From Nostoc sp. (lineage in GTDB: Bacteria; Cyanobacteriota; Cyanobacteriia; Cyanobacteriales; Nostocaceae): a DNA stretch of 64,000 nucleotides. Below, piece by piece: positions 21,553-32,803 of the stretch. The notes beneath the pieces are model-generated. The model searched no databases, had not been told where the DNA came from, and was given only the letters and a program-made list of their open reading frames with translations. Both the position numbers and the translations under genes were made by a program. The stretch covers positions 192,001-256,000 of the forward strand of contig JBALDB010000056.1 of the NCBI GenBank assembly GCA_036918135.1, given 5' to 3'. Position 1 is the stretch's first letter. Each line of letters opens with the position of its first letter.

Positions 21553-21688
21553 TATAGTAGTCCTAGATGATTTGTGAAATACTTTTATCAAGTCACGCAT
21601 TAGTGATTTTTCCTTTATCCCTTGTAATTCAAAATGACCAAGAACGACCAAAACAAGAATTTTAGCTTTTTCATTTAAGATTGCTATA
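21553..21688. repeat. MITE-like element (TATAGCAATCC-type ends)
   Basis: TATAGTAGTCCTAGATGA...TCATTTAAGATTGCTATA imperfect terminal inverted repeats; related element at about 22312-22443. Confidence 0.45.
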
Positions 21689-21723
21689 GAATTAATTGTT
21701 ATTTATTAAATACTAGCTTAATT

Positions 21724-22224
21724 ATGAATCCACTGGAAATTCAAGCCGAGTACGAAAAATTTCCGGAAAAATTTGAAAGCATAATCATTAGCACTGTTAG
21801 CGCACAGGGACTACCTAACGCTAGTTATGCGCCGTTTGTAATGGATGATTTTAAAAATATTTATATTTACGTCAGTGGTCTTTCGACTCATACTAAAAAT
21901 CTCTCTGTCAATCCTCATGCTAGTATTTTATTTATTGAAGATGAAGCCAAGAGTAAGCAAATTTTTGCTCGTAGCCGTTTGAGTTTTGATTGTACGGCAA
22001 GTTTGATAGAGCGTGAAACTGACAAGTGGAATCAAATTGTTGAGCAATTTCAAGGTCGATTTGGTCAAATGATAGAGGTTTTACGCGGCTTGTCAGATTT
22101 TCGGATTTTCCAGCTAACTCCTAATGAAGGTCGTTTTGTAGTTGGTTTTGGTGCAGCTTATCAAATTAGTAGTGATAATCTCTATCAACTTGTTCAGATT
22201 ACAGGAGATAGCGACCAAAAATAA
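21724..22224 (+). CDS. HugZ/HutZ-like pyridoxamine 5'-phosphate oxidase-fold protein
   Basis: PNASYAPF, YVSGLSTHTKNL, LFIEDE..IFAR.RL, GRFVVGFGAAY. Confidence 0.85.
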   Translation: MNPLEIQAEYEKFPEKFESIIISTVSAQGLPNASYAPFVMDDFKNIYIYVSGLSTHTKNLSVNPHASILFIEDEAKSKQIFARSRLSFDCTASLIERETDKWNQIVEQFQGRFGQMIEVLRGLSDFRIFQLTPNEGRFVVGFGAAYQISSDNLYQLVQITGDSDQK

Positions 22225-22532
22225 CAATATAAGCATAAATACTAAGAATTCAACAGTCACAATAGTTAAATAATCATCAGAACATTTGGTGAATCAATAT
22301 ACTAGTCATAGTAGAGAAATCCTATTTGATTTGTGAACAAAATTTAGTACAATTCCAAGCTTCTATAACTCTTTTGCAAGAGTGCTTACCTATAGCGCTT
22401 CGCGCACCCTTCAGATAAGTTCATGAATCAAATCGGATAGCTAAAGATTATCACTTCTGATTATTAGGTACTCAATTCTGATTGATGAATTATTAATTAT
22501 CAACATTACATTAAAGTTAATTTTTAAATTCT

Positions 22533-23465
22533 ATGCTTAAATTTCAACCTCCTGGCTTTGGACATAAAGTCATCCATACATCCTTGGGGGCAATGATTTA
22601 CTATACTCAAACGAATGTACCTTGGACGATCGCCCTTCGTCCAGAGTTTAATAGAGAAGGGGTTGGCAAAGATATTACTAACACTAAAGATTTACCGCCA
22701 CTTCTATTTCTACATAACTTTGGTGGTGGAGCATCTGCTTATGAATGGTCTAAAGTTTATCCAGCTTTTGCTTCTACTTACCAGATTTTAGCCCCTGATT
22801 TAATTGGTTGGGGAGAATCGGCTCATCCAGTCAGAGATTATCAAATTAAAGATTATCTGGGCACAATCGCCGAATTTATTACCCAAACCTGTCACCGACC
22901 TGTGACGGTGGTAGCCTCATCTTTAACAGCAGCTTTTGCTATTCGTCTAGCTATTACCCAACCGAATTTATTCCAAAGATTATTTTTAGTATGTCCCTCT
23001 GGATTTGATGACTTTGGACAAGGCATTGGACGCAGACTTCCCTTAGCAGCAATTAATACACCTTTATTAGACGATTTTATTTATATTCTTGGTGCTAAAA
23101 ATGAAATTGCAGTCCGAAACTTTTTACAAAGTTTTCTCTTTGCCAAATCACAACGAGTGTCTCAAGAGATGGTAGAAGCTTATTTAACTTCTGCACAACA
23201 ACCCAATGCCAAGTTTGCTGCCTTAGCATTTTTACAGGGTGACCTTTACTTTGACTTAAGTTTATATATTCAACAACTAACAATTCCCACAGTGGTGTTT
23301 TGGGGAGAAAAAGCACAATTTACTAACATCAAATTAGGACGACGATTGGCAAATTTAAATCCTAATGCAATTCAAAAGTTTTATCCGATCGCAGATGCCG
23401 GCATCTTACCTCATTTGGAAGTACCAGAAATTGTCATCGGTCTATTACAGCGATATCTTGGGTAA
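22533..23465 (+). CDS. Alpha/beta fold hydrolase
   Basis: FLHNFGGGAS, APDLIGWGES, ASSLTA, GILPHLE. Confidence 0.85.
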   Translation: MLKFQPPGFGHKVIHTSLGAMIYYTQTNVPWTIALRPEFNREGVGKDITNTKDLPPLLFLHNFGGGASAYEWSKVYPAFASTYQILAPDLIGWGESAHPVRDYQIKDYLGTIAEFITQTCHRPVTVVASSLTAAFAIRLAITQPNLFQRLFLVCPSGFDDFGQGIGRRLPLAAINTPLLDDFIYILGAKNEIAVRNFLQSFLFAKSQRVSQEMVEAYLTSAQQPNAKFAALAFLQGDLYFDLSLYIQQLTIPTVVFWGEKAQFTNIKLGRRLANLNPNAIQKFYPIADAGILPHLEVPEIVIGLLQRYLG

Positions 23466-23655
23466 CTGGGGATTGGGGAAGTGGGATTCCCTCTAAAGAT
23501 TAGTGGCTATTGCAATACCCGTTGAGGTGATATTCAGCACACATCGTAGACAATAATAGCTGTATTGCAGAATTTTGAGATTAGATATTAGTATAATTAG
23601 TAAAACTGAAATCTTAAATTATACTAATATTATTTTGGTGAGTACTACACCTTCG

Positions 23656-24765
23656 ATGTCTGCAAATTACTCGCTCTATCCAACACGGCGGGGCAAGCAC
23701 AAAATCTTTATTGGCATGGCTCCTGGGGTAGGTAAAACCTACCGAATGCTGGAAGAAGGACATGCACTCAAACAAGAAGGAATTGATGTAGTTGTTGGGC
23801 TTTTAGAAACCCACGGACGCAAGGAAACAGCAGAAAAGGCACAAGGACTAGAGATTGTCCCCCTTAAACAATATCCTCGCGGTGAGTTGACCCTAAAGGA
23901 TATGGATACAGATGCTATTTTAAAGCGATCGCCCCAATTGGTCTTAATCGATGAACTTGCCCATACTAATGTCCCTGGTTCGCCACGTGAAAAACGCTAT
24001 GAAGATGTAGAAATAGTCTTAGCAGCAGGTATCGATGTTTACTCGACAATGAATGTCCAACATCTGGAAAGTCTCAATGACCTAGTAGCTAGAATTACTG
24101 GAGTGATAGTACGTGAGCGAGTTCCTGACAGAATTCTAGATGAAGCAGATGAAGTAGTATTAGTAGATGTAACACCAGAAACACTGCAAGAACGATTATT
24201 AGAAGGCAAGATTTACGCACCGCAAAAAATCCAACAATCCCTCGATAACTTTTTCCAACGTCGTAACCTCATTGCTTTGCGGGAGTTGGCTTTGCGGGAA
24301 GTCGCAGACAACGTAGAAGAAAACGCGATCGCCACCATACCCAATGGACAATTTTGTAATATACACGAGCGAGTTTTAGTATGTGTATCTACTTACCCTA
24401 ATTCTGTGCAACTGCTACGCCGTGGTGCAAGAATTGCTAGCTACATGAATGCCCCCCTGTATACTTTGTTTGTTGCCGAACCAGAACGCTTCTTGACTAA
24501 AGAAGAAAGTTTACACATTCATACTTGTGAGAAACTCTGTAAAGAATTTGAAGGAACTTTTCTACGGATAACTGATAGTAACGTAGCTAATGCGATCGCC
24601 GAAACAGCAGAGAAATATCGGATTACTCAAATTGTAATTGGAGAAAGTCAGCGATCGCGCTGGCAAATACTCCTGAAAGGCTCTTTAACACAGAAATTGG
24701 TACGCTTGCTCAAAAACATTGATTTGCATATCATCGCCAGCGAAAAAGTGATTTCACCCAAATAG
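23656..24765 (+). CDS. kdpD: Short KdpD (sensor domain plus USP, no kinase)
   Basis: IFIGMAPGVGKTY, LIDELAHTN, TMNVQHLESLND, LRELALR, C-terminal USP; start codon uncertain (frame open from 23575). Confidence 0.88.
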   Translation: MSANYSLYPTRRGKHKIFIGMAPGVGKTYRMLEEGHALKQEGIDVVVGLLETHGRKETAEKAQGLEIVPLKQYPRGELTLKDMDTDAILKRSPQLVLIDELAHTNVPGSPREKRYEDVEIVLAAGIDVYSTMNVQHLESLNDLVARITGVIVRERVPDRILDEADEVVLVDVTPETLQERLLEGKIYAPQKIQQSLDNFFQRRNLIALRELALREVADNVEENAIATIPNGQFCNIHERVLVCVSTYPNSVQLLRRGARIASYMNAPLYTLFVAEPERFLTKEESLHIHTCEKLCKEFEGTFLRITDSNVANAIAETAEKYRITQIVIGESQRSRWQILLKGSLTQKLVRLLKNIDLHIIASEKVISPK

Positions 24766-24896
24766 GGCGATTATGGGGCATTGGGCATGGGGGGAGTGTA
24801 GGAGGAGTGGAAGGTGTGGGAGGATGGGGAAGAAATCTTTCCCCCCTCTCTCCCCTCTCTCCCCACACTTCCCTATCTCCTCATCTCCCCAGTCCC

Positions 24897-27542
24897 TTAG
24901 CTGACTACGAAATTTACCAACTTTCCAAGCACCACAATTACCTTTTTAATCTCTTTACCTGTAATGTAACGCTGGGCGAGTTCTGATTCCCGGGCATACT
25001 TCTCCTGTACTGCTGCATCTGATTGCCCTGGTACTTGAATCGTGCCGCGAGTTTTGCCATTAATCTGAATCGCCAAAGTAATTTCATCAGCTACTAAAGC
25101 AGCGGGGTCAAATGATGGCCAGGTTTGCGTATGAACTGAATCACTTTCACCCAACAAATGCCATAATTCATCAGCAATGTGTGGTGCAAAAGGTGCTAGC
25201 AATACTACCAAAGTGCGAATGCCTTCTGCATAAATTGGTGAATTTTTGCAGCTAGCATCAGTTAGAGCATTACTCAACTTCATCAATTCTGAAATAGCTG
25301 TGTTGAATTGATATTCGTCTTCCACGTCTTCCGTCACTGCTTGAATAGCCGTGTGAATTGCCCGCCGCAATTCTTTTTCTGCCTTACTTAAATCAGATTG
25401 GGGTTCGTTATCGGATATTCCAGCAGCAATATAATCTGCCACCAAACGCCAAACTCGATTTAAAAAGCGGAATTGTCCTTCTACATCGGCTTCATCCCAT
25501 TCCAAATCTTTTTCTGGCGGTGCTTTGAACAAAATGAACATCCGTGCTGTATCTACACCGTATTTGGAAATTACATCTTCTGGTGCTACACCGTTCCCCT
25601 TGGACTTAGACATCGTGGCGTAGAGACGTTGCAGTGGTTCGCCTGTCTGGGGGTCACGGGGGTCAGCAGCATTTACCAGATCGGAAGCAATCCATTTATC
25701 CTTACCACCCTTTTGGGGATTCAAGTAAGTTAAACCCTGCACCATCCCTTGAGTTAACAGGCGTTGGAAGGGTTCGTCAAAATTCAACAAACCTCTGTCT
25801 CGTAGTACCTTGGTAAAGAACCGCGAATACAACAAATGTAAAATTGCGTGTTCAATCCCACCCACGTACTGATCGACTGGCATCCAATCATTGATTTTAC
25901 TGGAATTAAAAACCTGTTCTTCATTCTTAGCATCTGGAAACCGCAAGAAATACCACGAAGAATCAATAAAAGTGTCCATCGTGTCAGTTTCCCGCTTGGC
26001 TGGAGTGCCACAAGTCGGACAAGGCACATTCACCCAACTTGACAACTGCGTTAAAGGTGAACCGCCACGTCCGGTAAATTCCACCTCTTGGGGCAACTCT
26101 ACTGGCAAATCTTTGTCAGGCACTGGTACTATCCCACAATTAGGACAGTGAATTACGGGTATCGGCGCGCCCCAGTAACGCTGCCGGGAAATCAACCAAT
26201 CGCGCAAGCGGTATTGCACCCGTACTTTACCAAAACCTTGTTTTTCGGCGTATTCAATTATCGCCTGTTTAGCATCTGGAGAAGCCATGCCAGTAAAAGC
26301 CCCGGAATTAATTAAAATTCCTGGTTCAGTGTATGCCTGATTGTATTCAATTTGAATTACTTGCGTGACTTCATCCATCTCTGATGTTGGAGTTAAATCA
26401 AAACCTGCAACATCATCCGGGGAAACGATAACAAAATCAATCGGCAAATCATAAGTTCGGGCAAACTTAAAATCTCGAACATCGTGTGCCGGTACACCCA
26501 TGACTGCCCCTGTACCATACTCATACAGTACGTAGTCAGCAATCCAAATCGGCACTTCTTCCCCTGTAAACGGGTTAATTGCCTTACCGCCTGTAGGGAC
26601 ACCCCGCTTAGGTTTGTCTTCAGCAGTACGTTCCAACTCACTTTGATGAGAAATCTCTTTAATAAAAGCTTCTACTGTCGCTTGTTGTTCTTTTGTGGTG
26701 ACACGCTTTGTTAAAGAATGTTCTGGTGCTAATACTACATAACTCACACCATAAACTGTATCTGGGCGTGTGGTGTACACAGCAATTTTTTCATCTATTC
26801 CTATGATGGGAAATTCTAAGTAAGCGCCTGTAGATTTGCCAATCCAGTTTGCTTGCATTAATTTGACGCGTTCCGGCCAACCCGTTAACTTATCCAAGTC
26901 GTTGAGTAATTCTTCAGCATAGTCAGTAATCTTGAAAAACCACTGCCGCAACAATTTACGCTCAACTATTGCGCCACTGCGCCAAGAACGTCCTTCACTA
27001 TCGACTTGCTCATTTGCCAATACAGTTTGGTCAATGGGATCCCAGTTTACCGCCGCTTCTTTTTGGTAAGCTAACCCTGCTTGTAAAAATTGCAAAAAAA
27101 TCCATTGCGTCCACTTGTAATAATCTGGCGAACAGGTAGCGAGTTCGCATTCCCAGTCGATGGATAAGCCAAGACGCTGCAATTGTTGGCGCATCTGGGC
27201 AATATTCTGATAAGTCCACTTTGCTGGGGGTACACCACGGTCAATGGCAGCGTTTTCTGCTGGCAAACCAAAAGCATCCCAACCCATTGGGTGTATTACT
27301 CGATACCCTTGCATTCGCTTAAGGCGGGCAATTACGTCAGTAATCGTATAATTACGGACGTGCCCCATATGTAAGCTGCCCGATGGATAAGGAAACATGG
27401 ATAAAGCGTAAAATTTTGGCTTGTTACTAACTGTAGGTGTCTTATCTAAGCCAAGTTCTGCCCATATTTTTTGCCATTTTTCCTCAATTGCTGCGGGGTT
27501 GTATCGAGAATCAACTGAATAAGGTATTTCCAATGGTTTCAT
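24897..27542 (-). CDS. leuS: Leucine-tRNA ligase
   Basis: [13 protein letters not shown] (HIGH-like), TTRPDT editing domain, MSKSKGN. Confidence 0.98.
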   Translation of the reverse strand: MKPLEIPYSVDSRYNPAAIEEKWQKIWAELGLDKTPTVSNKPKFYALSMFPYPSGSLHMGHVRNYTITDVIARLKRMQGYRVIHPMGWDAFGLPAENAAIDRGVPPAKWTYQNIAQMRQQLQRLGLSIDWECELATCSPDYYKWTQWIFLQFLQAGLAYQKEAAVNWDPIDQTVLANEQVDSEGRSWRSGAIVERKLLRQWFFKITDYAEELLNDLDKLTGWPERVKLMQANWIGKSTGAYLEFPIIGIDEKIAVYTTRPDTVYGVSYVVLAPEHSLTKRVTTKEQQATVEAFIKEISHQSELERTAEDKPKRGVPTGGKAINPFTGEEVPIWIADYVLYEYGTGAVMGVPAHDVRDFKFARTYDLPIDFVIVSPDDVAGFDLTPTSEMDEVTQVIQIEYNQAYTEPGILINSGAFTGMASPDAKQAIIEYAEKQGFGKVRVQYRLRDWLISRQRYWGAPIPVIHCPNCGIVPVPDKDLPVELPQEVEFTGRGGSPLTQLSSWVNVPCPTCGTPAKRETDTMDTFIDSSWYFLRFPDAKNEEQVFNSSKINDWMPVDQYVGGIEHAILHLLYSRFFTKVLRDRGLLNFDEPFQRLLTQGMVQGLTYLNPQKGGKDKWIASDLVNAADPRDPQTGEPLQRLYATMSKSKGNGVAPEDVISKYGVDTARMFILFKAPPEKDLEWDEADVEGQFRFLNRVWRLVADYIAAGISDNEPQSDLSKAEKELRRAIHTAIQAVTEDVEDEYQFNTAISELMKLSNALTDASCKNSPIYAEGIRTLVVLLAPFAPHIADELWHLLGESDSVHTQTWPSFDPAALVADEITLAIQINGKTRGTIQVPGQSDAAVQEKYARESELAQRYITGKEIKKVIVVLGKLVNFVVS

Positions 27543-28132
27543 CCCTGTTACGCTTTATTTCTACTAATCCTAAGTATTTACTTTTTAGTACATTTGAACT
27601 GCTAAGTTAATTATCTGTCTAATAATTTACGTTTAACGTGAATCAAGTCTTGGAACCCATGTAATTTCGTAGGTAGTGCCAAAACAATTATTTTGGGCGA
27701 ATCTAAAAACTCTTGTGGGATAAGAGGCGTTTCTAATTCACTTCTTACATAATTTATAAAATTAAATTATAAAATCAATTTTGAAATCTCCTGTATTTCT
27801 CATTCCTATCTATCTTATATCCCTAAAGTTCTTAGACTATCAGGGACAGTCTTTATTTCAAGTTCGGATCTCAACATATAGAAAAATCAAAAAACTCCTC
27901 ATTGTTGAGGAGTGCGCTAAGAATCCTGTAAAGTGTGGACTACTGATTTACTAGTGCGATCGCCTCTTCAAGCCTCATCTTAGCCAGATGTAGGTTCTGA
28001 ACGTGTAAACATAGAATTACCATTTCTCAAAAGTGGTATCGGTGGGTAACAACTTTCTCACAGTGGATACCCACTGATTAATGATTATTCAATACGCTTC
28101 CACATTAGTACAGCTTTATTAAGTAACGTAAA

Positions 28133-28333
28133 GTGTCTAAAGATAATCGTGGCAACCCAGACATTAAAAACTATGGTTTCAAAACTGATAGAGAAGAACC
28201 CTTAACCGAAAAGATGAATATACGCATGACTAAATCAATGAAACAAGAAGTACATAAACAAGACGACCCTCCAGAATTTTGTAGAGAAGCAATTCAAAAA
28301 GCACTGGATGAGAAAAAAGGAAAAGACAAGTAA
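28133..28333 (+). CDS. Small putative ribbon-helix-helix DNA-binding protein
   Basis: KMNIRMTKSMKQEV...EFCREAIQKAL beta-alpha-alpha pattern; followed by hairpin AAACCCCTCC...GGAAGGGTTT. Confidence 0.55.
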   Translation: MSKDNRGNPDIKNYGFKTDREEPLTEKMNIRMTKSMKQEVHKQDDPPEFCREAIQKALDEKKGKDK

Positions 28334-28420
28334 GCTGTAATGTGAATACTTTCTTATAAATTAAAAACCCCTCCTGATGATGTAAGGAAGGGTTTATTAA
28401 TCAGATGGTTAAAATAGGCA

Positions 28421-28870
28421 ATGTTTGAATCAAATATAAAATTTTCTGATTTGGTACATGTTTTTGTTTATGGCACCCTCAAACCAGGTGAAGCTAACTA
28501 TAAAAGATACTGCGCTGGCAAAGTCGTAGATGTTAAAAAAGCTTTTGTACAAGGCAAATTGTTTGCTTTACCAATGGGCTACCCAGCAATGACGCTAGGC
28601 GATAGCCAAGTCTACGGTTATTTACTTTCTTTTCCCAACCCAGCAATTTTAAATCAGCTTGATGTATTAGAGGATTACCACCCGACTAGAGAAATCTCAC
28701 AAAACCTCTATAATCGAAAAACTGTCGAGGTTTATCAGGGAGAGTGGCTTTCTCTAGGATGGGCTTGGGTTTACTTAATGAGTTTAGAGCGAGTTAACGA
28801 ATTAGGAGGTGTCCTCCAAGCTGACGGCTGGTGGAGTAACTCCGGCTTAACTACAAAGTACAATTATTAA
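28421..28870 (+). CDS. Gamma-glutamylcyclotransferase (AIG2-like)
   Basis: VFVYGTLKPG, GYPAM, LDVLE..YNR, AWVYL. Confidence 0.88.
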   Translation: MFESNIKFSDLVHVFVYGTLKPGEANYKRYCAGKVVDVKKAFVQGKLFALPMGYPAMTLGDSQVYGYLLSFPNPAILNQLDVLEDYHPTREISQNLYNRKTVEVYQGEWLSLGWAWVYLMSLERVNELGGVLQADGWWSNSGLTTKYNY

Positions 28871-28890
28871 TCTGTAAATTGTTAATCCAA

Positions 28891-29505
28891 TTAATTTATG
28901 TCGTCTGTGGAATCCTGGCGTTGTGGCTGTACCTGATAAATTGAATTTTCCGGAGATGCTACTGCTGCTTTCGGAATTTCAATTACTGGATTATTTAGTC
29001 CTACCATGAGCGAGGAAGGAGGTACTAAAGACGCTGAGGACATTTGTGACGATTCTATTTGTGGTCTTTGTGCCAGTTGTGGTGTTCTCGAACCACCAGT
29101 TACTAAACCAGATATTGCGCCTATAGCACAAGCCGCAGCTGCTACGCTTCCAACCATCCAGTTGAAGCGAGAACGGCGGCGCAAACGTGCTAATACCTGC
29201 TGGGCTGTTGCTTCTGGTGACTGTTGGACTGTTGGCACTGGGAGAGTCCGCAAGCCCTGCCTAAGCTTCAATAATCGGGCATACAAGCATTGAACTGAGG
29301 CATCATTTGCCAGCCATTCTTCTACTTGTCTGCGCTCGGCGGCTGTAACTTCGCCATCAAGATAAGCACTTAATAACTCGAAGCGATCGCGCTTCACCAT
29401 ATTCATAAAACCCGTTGATTCATTGGTATACTCAACCATTCCATCTGACAAATCTTCAGGAAGTTGTAAGGGGGAACGATCATCAAACTGAGAATCAGTA
29501 GTCAT
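28891..29505 (-). CDS. Anti-sigma factor cognate to SigG
   Basis: FELLSAYLDGEVTAAERRQVEEWL anti-sigma domain plus single TM; directly downstream of the ECF sigma gene. Confidence 0.85.
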   Translation of the reverse strand: MTTDSQFDDRSPLQLPEDLSDGMVEYTNESTGFMNMVKRDRFELLSAYLDGEVTAAERRQVEEWLANDASVQCLYARLLKLRQGLRTLPVPTVQQSPEATAQQVLARLRRRSRFNWMVGSVAAAACAIGAISGLVTGGSRTPQLAQRPQIESSQMSSASLVPPSSLMVGLNNPVIEIPKAAVASPENSIYQVQPQRQDSTDDIN

Positions 29506-29662
29506 CTTAACATTATTACCAATTCATACACGGGTAAAGTGAATTGAAAATTCGGAAAAATTACGCAATTTTCCTCCTAACAGCAGAAGTTATCTACGTC
29601 TTTCTAGGGATTCTTAATCAATGCTTAAATTCCACCATTGGGCAGAGGTAAAATACTGTAGA

Positions 29663-30319
29663 TTAGGAATCTAGATAGTTTTGCAATTGAGCTTGCAATC
29701 TAGATCTAGCTCTAGCAATTCTTGACTTGACAGTTCCTAAGGAAACTCCAGTAATTTCAGCAATTTCTTCGTATGCCATGCCTTCAATTTCTCTGAGGAC
29801 AATAGTAGTACGAAACACTTCTGGTAAATCGGCGATCGCTTCCCGTAGTTGCTCGTAAAATTCTCTAGTTGTCAATTCTTCTTCCGGCCCTGGTGTATCG
29901 CCAGCAATTTCCCAATCCATTTCACCATCCTCTACCGAGCGGGGAGCATCGAGTGACAACGGACTCACAATTCGCTTGCGTTTTCGCAACTCATCGTAAA
30001 ACAAGTTGGTAGCAATGCGGCTTAACCAGCCCCGAAATTTAGCAGGCTCTTGTAATCGATTAATATTCCGATACACTCGAATCCATACTTCTTGGGCCAA
30101 ATCAGCTCTGTCAGCCCAATCTGGAGCTAAATGGTATAGAACCCGATCGACTTGGGTTTGATAGCGGCGCAGTAGTTCTGCAAATGCAGCACGATCTGGG
30201 CGCAGTCCAGCTTGACAACGCAAAATTAAATCGTGGTTAGGAAGTTTGTCAACTTGCACTGATGCTTCTGGATACTTTGCATCAACTGTTGACCAGGATA
30301 CAGTAATCGACTGACTCAT
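29663..30319 (-). CDS. sigG: ECF RNA polymerase sigma factor
   Basis: Region 2 DLAQEVWIRVY..FRGWLSRIATN, region 4 YEEIAEITGVSLGTVKSRIARAR; N-terminus and context as for Nostocales SigG. Confidence 0.88.
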   Translation of the reverse strand: MSQSITVSWSTVDAKYPEASVQVDKLPNHDLILRCQAGLRPDRAAFAELLRRYQTQVDRVLYHLAPDWADRADLAQEVWIRVYRNINRLQEPAKFRGWLSRIATNLFYDELRKRKRIVSPLSLDAPRSVEDGEMDWEIAGDTPGPEEELTTREFYEQLREAIADLPEVFRTTIVLREIEGMAYEEIAEITGVSLGTVKSRIARARSRLQAQLQNYLDS

Positions 30320-30687
30320 AAATCGTACTGGGTCTAAATCATCCCTTTCTATTAGACCTGCTAATAAGGCACAAGTTCCTTGCTAAGGTGACGGATTTAT
30401 GACTGGAACACTGAGGCACACAATTTTAGCTAAATTTATAGCAATTAAGAGAACCTCTTTGTCCTTATACTGCTTGCATGTTTTTGTTTTATCTATCAAC
30501 TAACAAAGGCGTACAACTTATGCACATTTTGTTACTTTTAGCAACTGGGTATATACGCTTGCTCAAAATAATTAAATTTAGTTATAAGGATGAGAATAAA
30601 AATTTTGTAATTCTAGCTTCTTGATACCTTTAAAATTTAGGCAATAATTTCCGAAAGTTGGGTTACTCTAGTGACGATAATGGTAGT

Positions 30688-30840
30688 TTATTTTGGAGAT
30701 TTTGTTACCACAATAGTTGCTGATTGTTCTGGTTGTAGTACGTAACTAGCACTAGAGTTATTTTGCTCTGGTAGATGAACTTCAAAAAATAAGTTGAGGG
30801 AAAATGTAATCGTGACTGCTAGTAATAGTTTTTCAAACAT
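30688..30840 (-). CDS. Small (50 aa) membrane or secreted protein
   Basis: MFEKLLLAVTITFSLNLF... preceded by a purine-rich SD-like stretch; lies upstream of sigG. Confidence 0.55.
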   Translation of the reverse strand: MFEKLLLAVTITFSLNLFFEVHLPEQNNSSASYVLQPEQSATIVVTKSPK

Positions 30841-31112
30841 GGTTTTTCTTCCACCCACACCATTAATAATTGATAGTTCCATTTCCAAAGTTCCACCAGA
30901 AAGTCCGAGTAGAGGCTTACAACCTCCTGAACTTTGGAGGAATAAGATTCTGACTGGAAGTTTTGCTGTTGGAACAATGCGTATGGCCTTAGTTTGCCCA
31001 AAGCTATTGGCAGATTAATAGCAGAAGTGATAAGTATTGATAAATTTTTGACGATCGGATGATGAACCCATCCAATTGTTCGGTTGGATACGTCAGGGAT
31101 AAACAATAGGCG

Positions 31113-32111
31113 ATGGCAATGGTAAGAAACGAATCTGTAGGGCGTATGGTAATGTTGCTTTGCTTTGGCACAGCATTTTTGTCTTTAGCTGTGCATTGGC
31201 GCATTACTACGGCACAACGGCAGTTTGAAAAGTCGGCATTTGCTTCGATGCGGCGAGATTCTAGCCAAACCAACCCTAAGGGAAGCCGCCCAGAACAAGT
31301 CTATAAGAATTTTTCACAAGTTAGTTTAGGAGAAGTTGCGCTCGGTGCAGGTGTTTCTCCTAGTGAAAATAGGCAAGGCTTAAGTATTGAGTCTAATACT
31401 AAGTCAAAAAGAATTAAGAAGAATATAGCTAAAGCAACAGTACGCACGTCTTCTAGACTCAAGCTTCAAACCAAGTCGAAAAAAATTAAGAAAAATTTAA
31501 CTCAAGCAACCGAGCAAAGGGCTTCTGCGCTCAACTCTGGTGTAAAATCTCAAAATAAGCCCCAAACAATTAAGAAAAATATAGCTAATTCTCCACAGCT
31601 ATCAACCAAGACGCGGTTAGTAGCACAAGCAGAAACACAAAATCCAGTTGTAGATAGTTGGCCAAAAGCTCTGTGGCCCCAAGCTTCAGCCGAACAACTA
31701 CCATCTAATAAGTTACTATCTGGGAAAACAAAAGTGGTGGTTGATTTAAGCGATCGCCGCACCTACGTATACGTAGGAGATGAGGTGATTGCAAGCTACC
31801 CGATAGCTGTCGGTAAGAAAGGTTGGGAAACGCCTACGGGTTCTTTCCAAGTGATACACATGCGACATTATCCAGTCTGGCGTCACCCAATTACTGGCAA
31901 AATATTTGAAGCAGGTACAGATAGTCCGTTAGGAGACAGATGGATTGGCTTTTGGTCAGATGGACGGAATGAAATTGGCTTTCATGGCACACCCGACATT
32001 GACCTGGTAGGAACAGCTGTATCCCACGGTTGCTTAAGAATGCGTAATTCTGATGTCCGATTGTTATACGAACAAGTGAGTATAGGGACAAAAGTGTTAG
32101 TACGTGATTAA
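31113..32111 (+). CDS. L,D-transpeptidase (YkuD)
   Basis: VVVDLSDRR, ETPTGSF, IGFHGT..SHGCLRM catalytic motif. Confidence 0.92.
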   Translation: MAMVRNESVGRMVMLLCFGTAFLSLAVHWRITTAQRQFEKSAFASMRRDSSQTNPKGSRPEQVYKNFSQVSLGEVALGAGVSPSENRQGLSIESNTKSKRIKKNIAKATVRTSSRLKLQTKSKKIKKNLTQATEQRASALNSGVKSQNKPQTIKKNIANSPQLSTKTRLVAQAETQNPVVDSWPKALWPQASAEQLPSNKLLSGKTKVVVDLSDRRTYVYVGDEVIASYPIAVGKKGWETPTGSFQVIHMRHYPVWRHPITGKIFEAGTDSPLGDRWIGFWSDGRNEIGFHGTPDIDLVGTAVSHGCLRMRNSDVRLLYEQVSIGTKVLVRD

Positions 32112-32684
32112 TTAATAGTCATTGTCATCTGGCTTATCATTTGGCTTGTCATTTTGCTCAAAGTTAGGTGCATATGCCCTAAGTAAAGCGCCAACTTGGT
32201 CGAGAACTTCATTGCCAGTACTTTTGCCTAAGGCTTGTCGTTCTGGGAAGAAATTGGGTCGATCTAGGTAACGACCGATGGCTTCATTTACTTGCTGGGA
32301 AATCAGTTCTTGCAGTTCTGCTTGAGCGCGTTGGCGCTGGTAGTTAGCACCTTCTTCTGTAGTTGCATACAAGGGCGGTAACCGATTGAGAGCGTAAGCT
32401 GCAATATCACCAACATCTAGGGAACTTTCGCTGGTGGCTTCAATTTCGGCGACTCGAGCGATCGCTTCCGTTAGTACCAATTCTTCCATGACGTTAATGA
32501 ATTGTTTTCGAGGTACCGCCACTACCTCACCAGTTAACAACGCACCCATCAGGCGATCGAGCGCCATATACTCTTCAATTGAGAGTTCTGAAGCGTTGTC
32601 ACAGATTCTACCGACTTCTGCTTCCATTGCTGGTGTCAAATAACCATCCTGGAGAGCTTGTTCTACAATTTTTTCGATACTCAT
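32112..32684 (-). CDS. cdgR: ComFB-family c-di-GMP receptor (CdgR-like)
   Basis: NVMEELV..DIAAYALNRLPPLYAT ComFB signature; M23-cdgR-LDT-sigG-leuS gene order as known from Anabaena. Confidence 0.8.
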   Translation of the reverse strand: MSIEKIVEQALQDGYLTPAMEAEVGRICDNASELSIEEYMALDRLMGALLTGEVVAVPRKQFINVMEELVLTEAIARVAEIEATSESSLDVGDIAAYALNRLPPLYATTEEGANYQRQRAQAELQELISQQVNEAIGRYLDRPNFFPERQALGKSTGNEVLDQVGALLRAYAPNFEQNDKPNDKPDDNDY

Positions 32685-32803
32685 AACGCTTATCATCATT
32701 TATGTTAGCCAAGCAAGGTAGGGACGGTATCAATCCAATTTATTTTGCTGAATTTTCGCAAAAATATCCAAATTATACACAGACGCGATCAATTCCGCCT
32801 CTA

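Noticed and set aside
23656..24765. kdpD as a truncated pseudogene
   Set aside because: Kinase-less KdpD is the normal cyanobacterial form and the ORF ends cleanly after the USP domain
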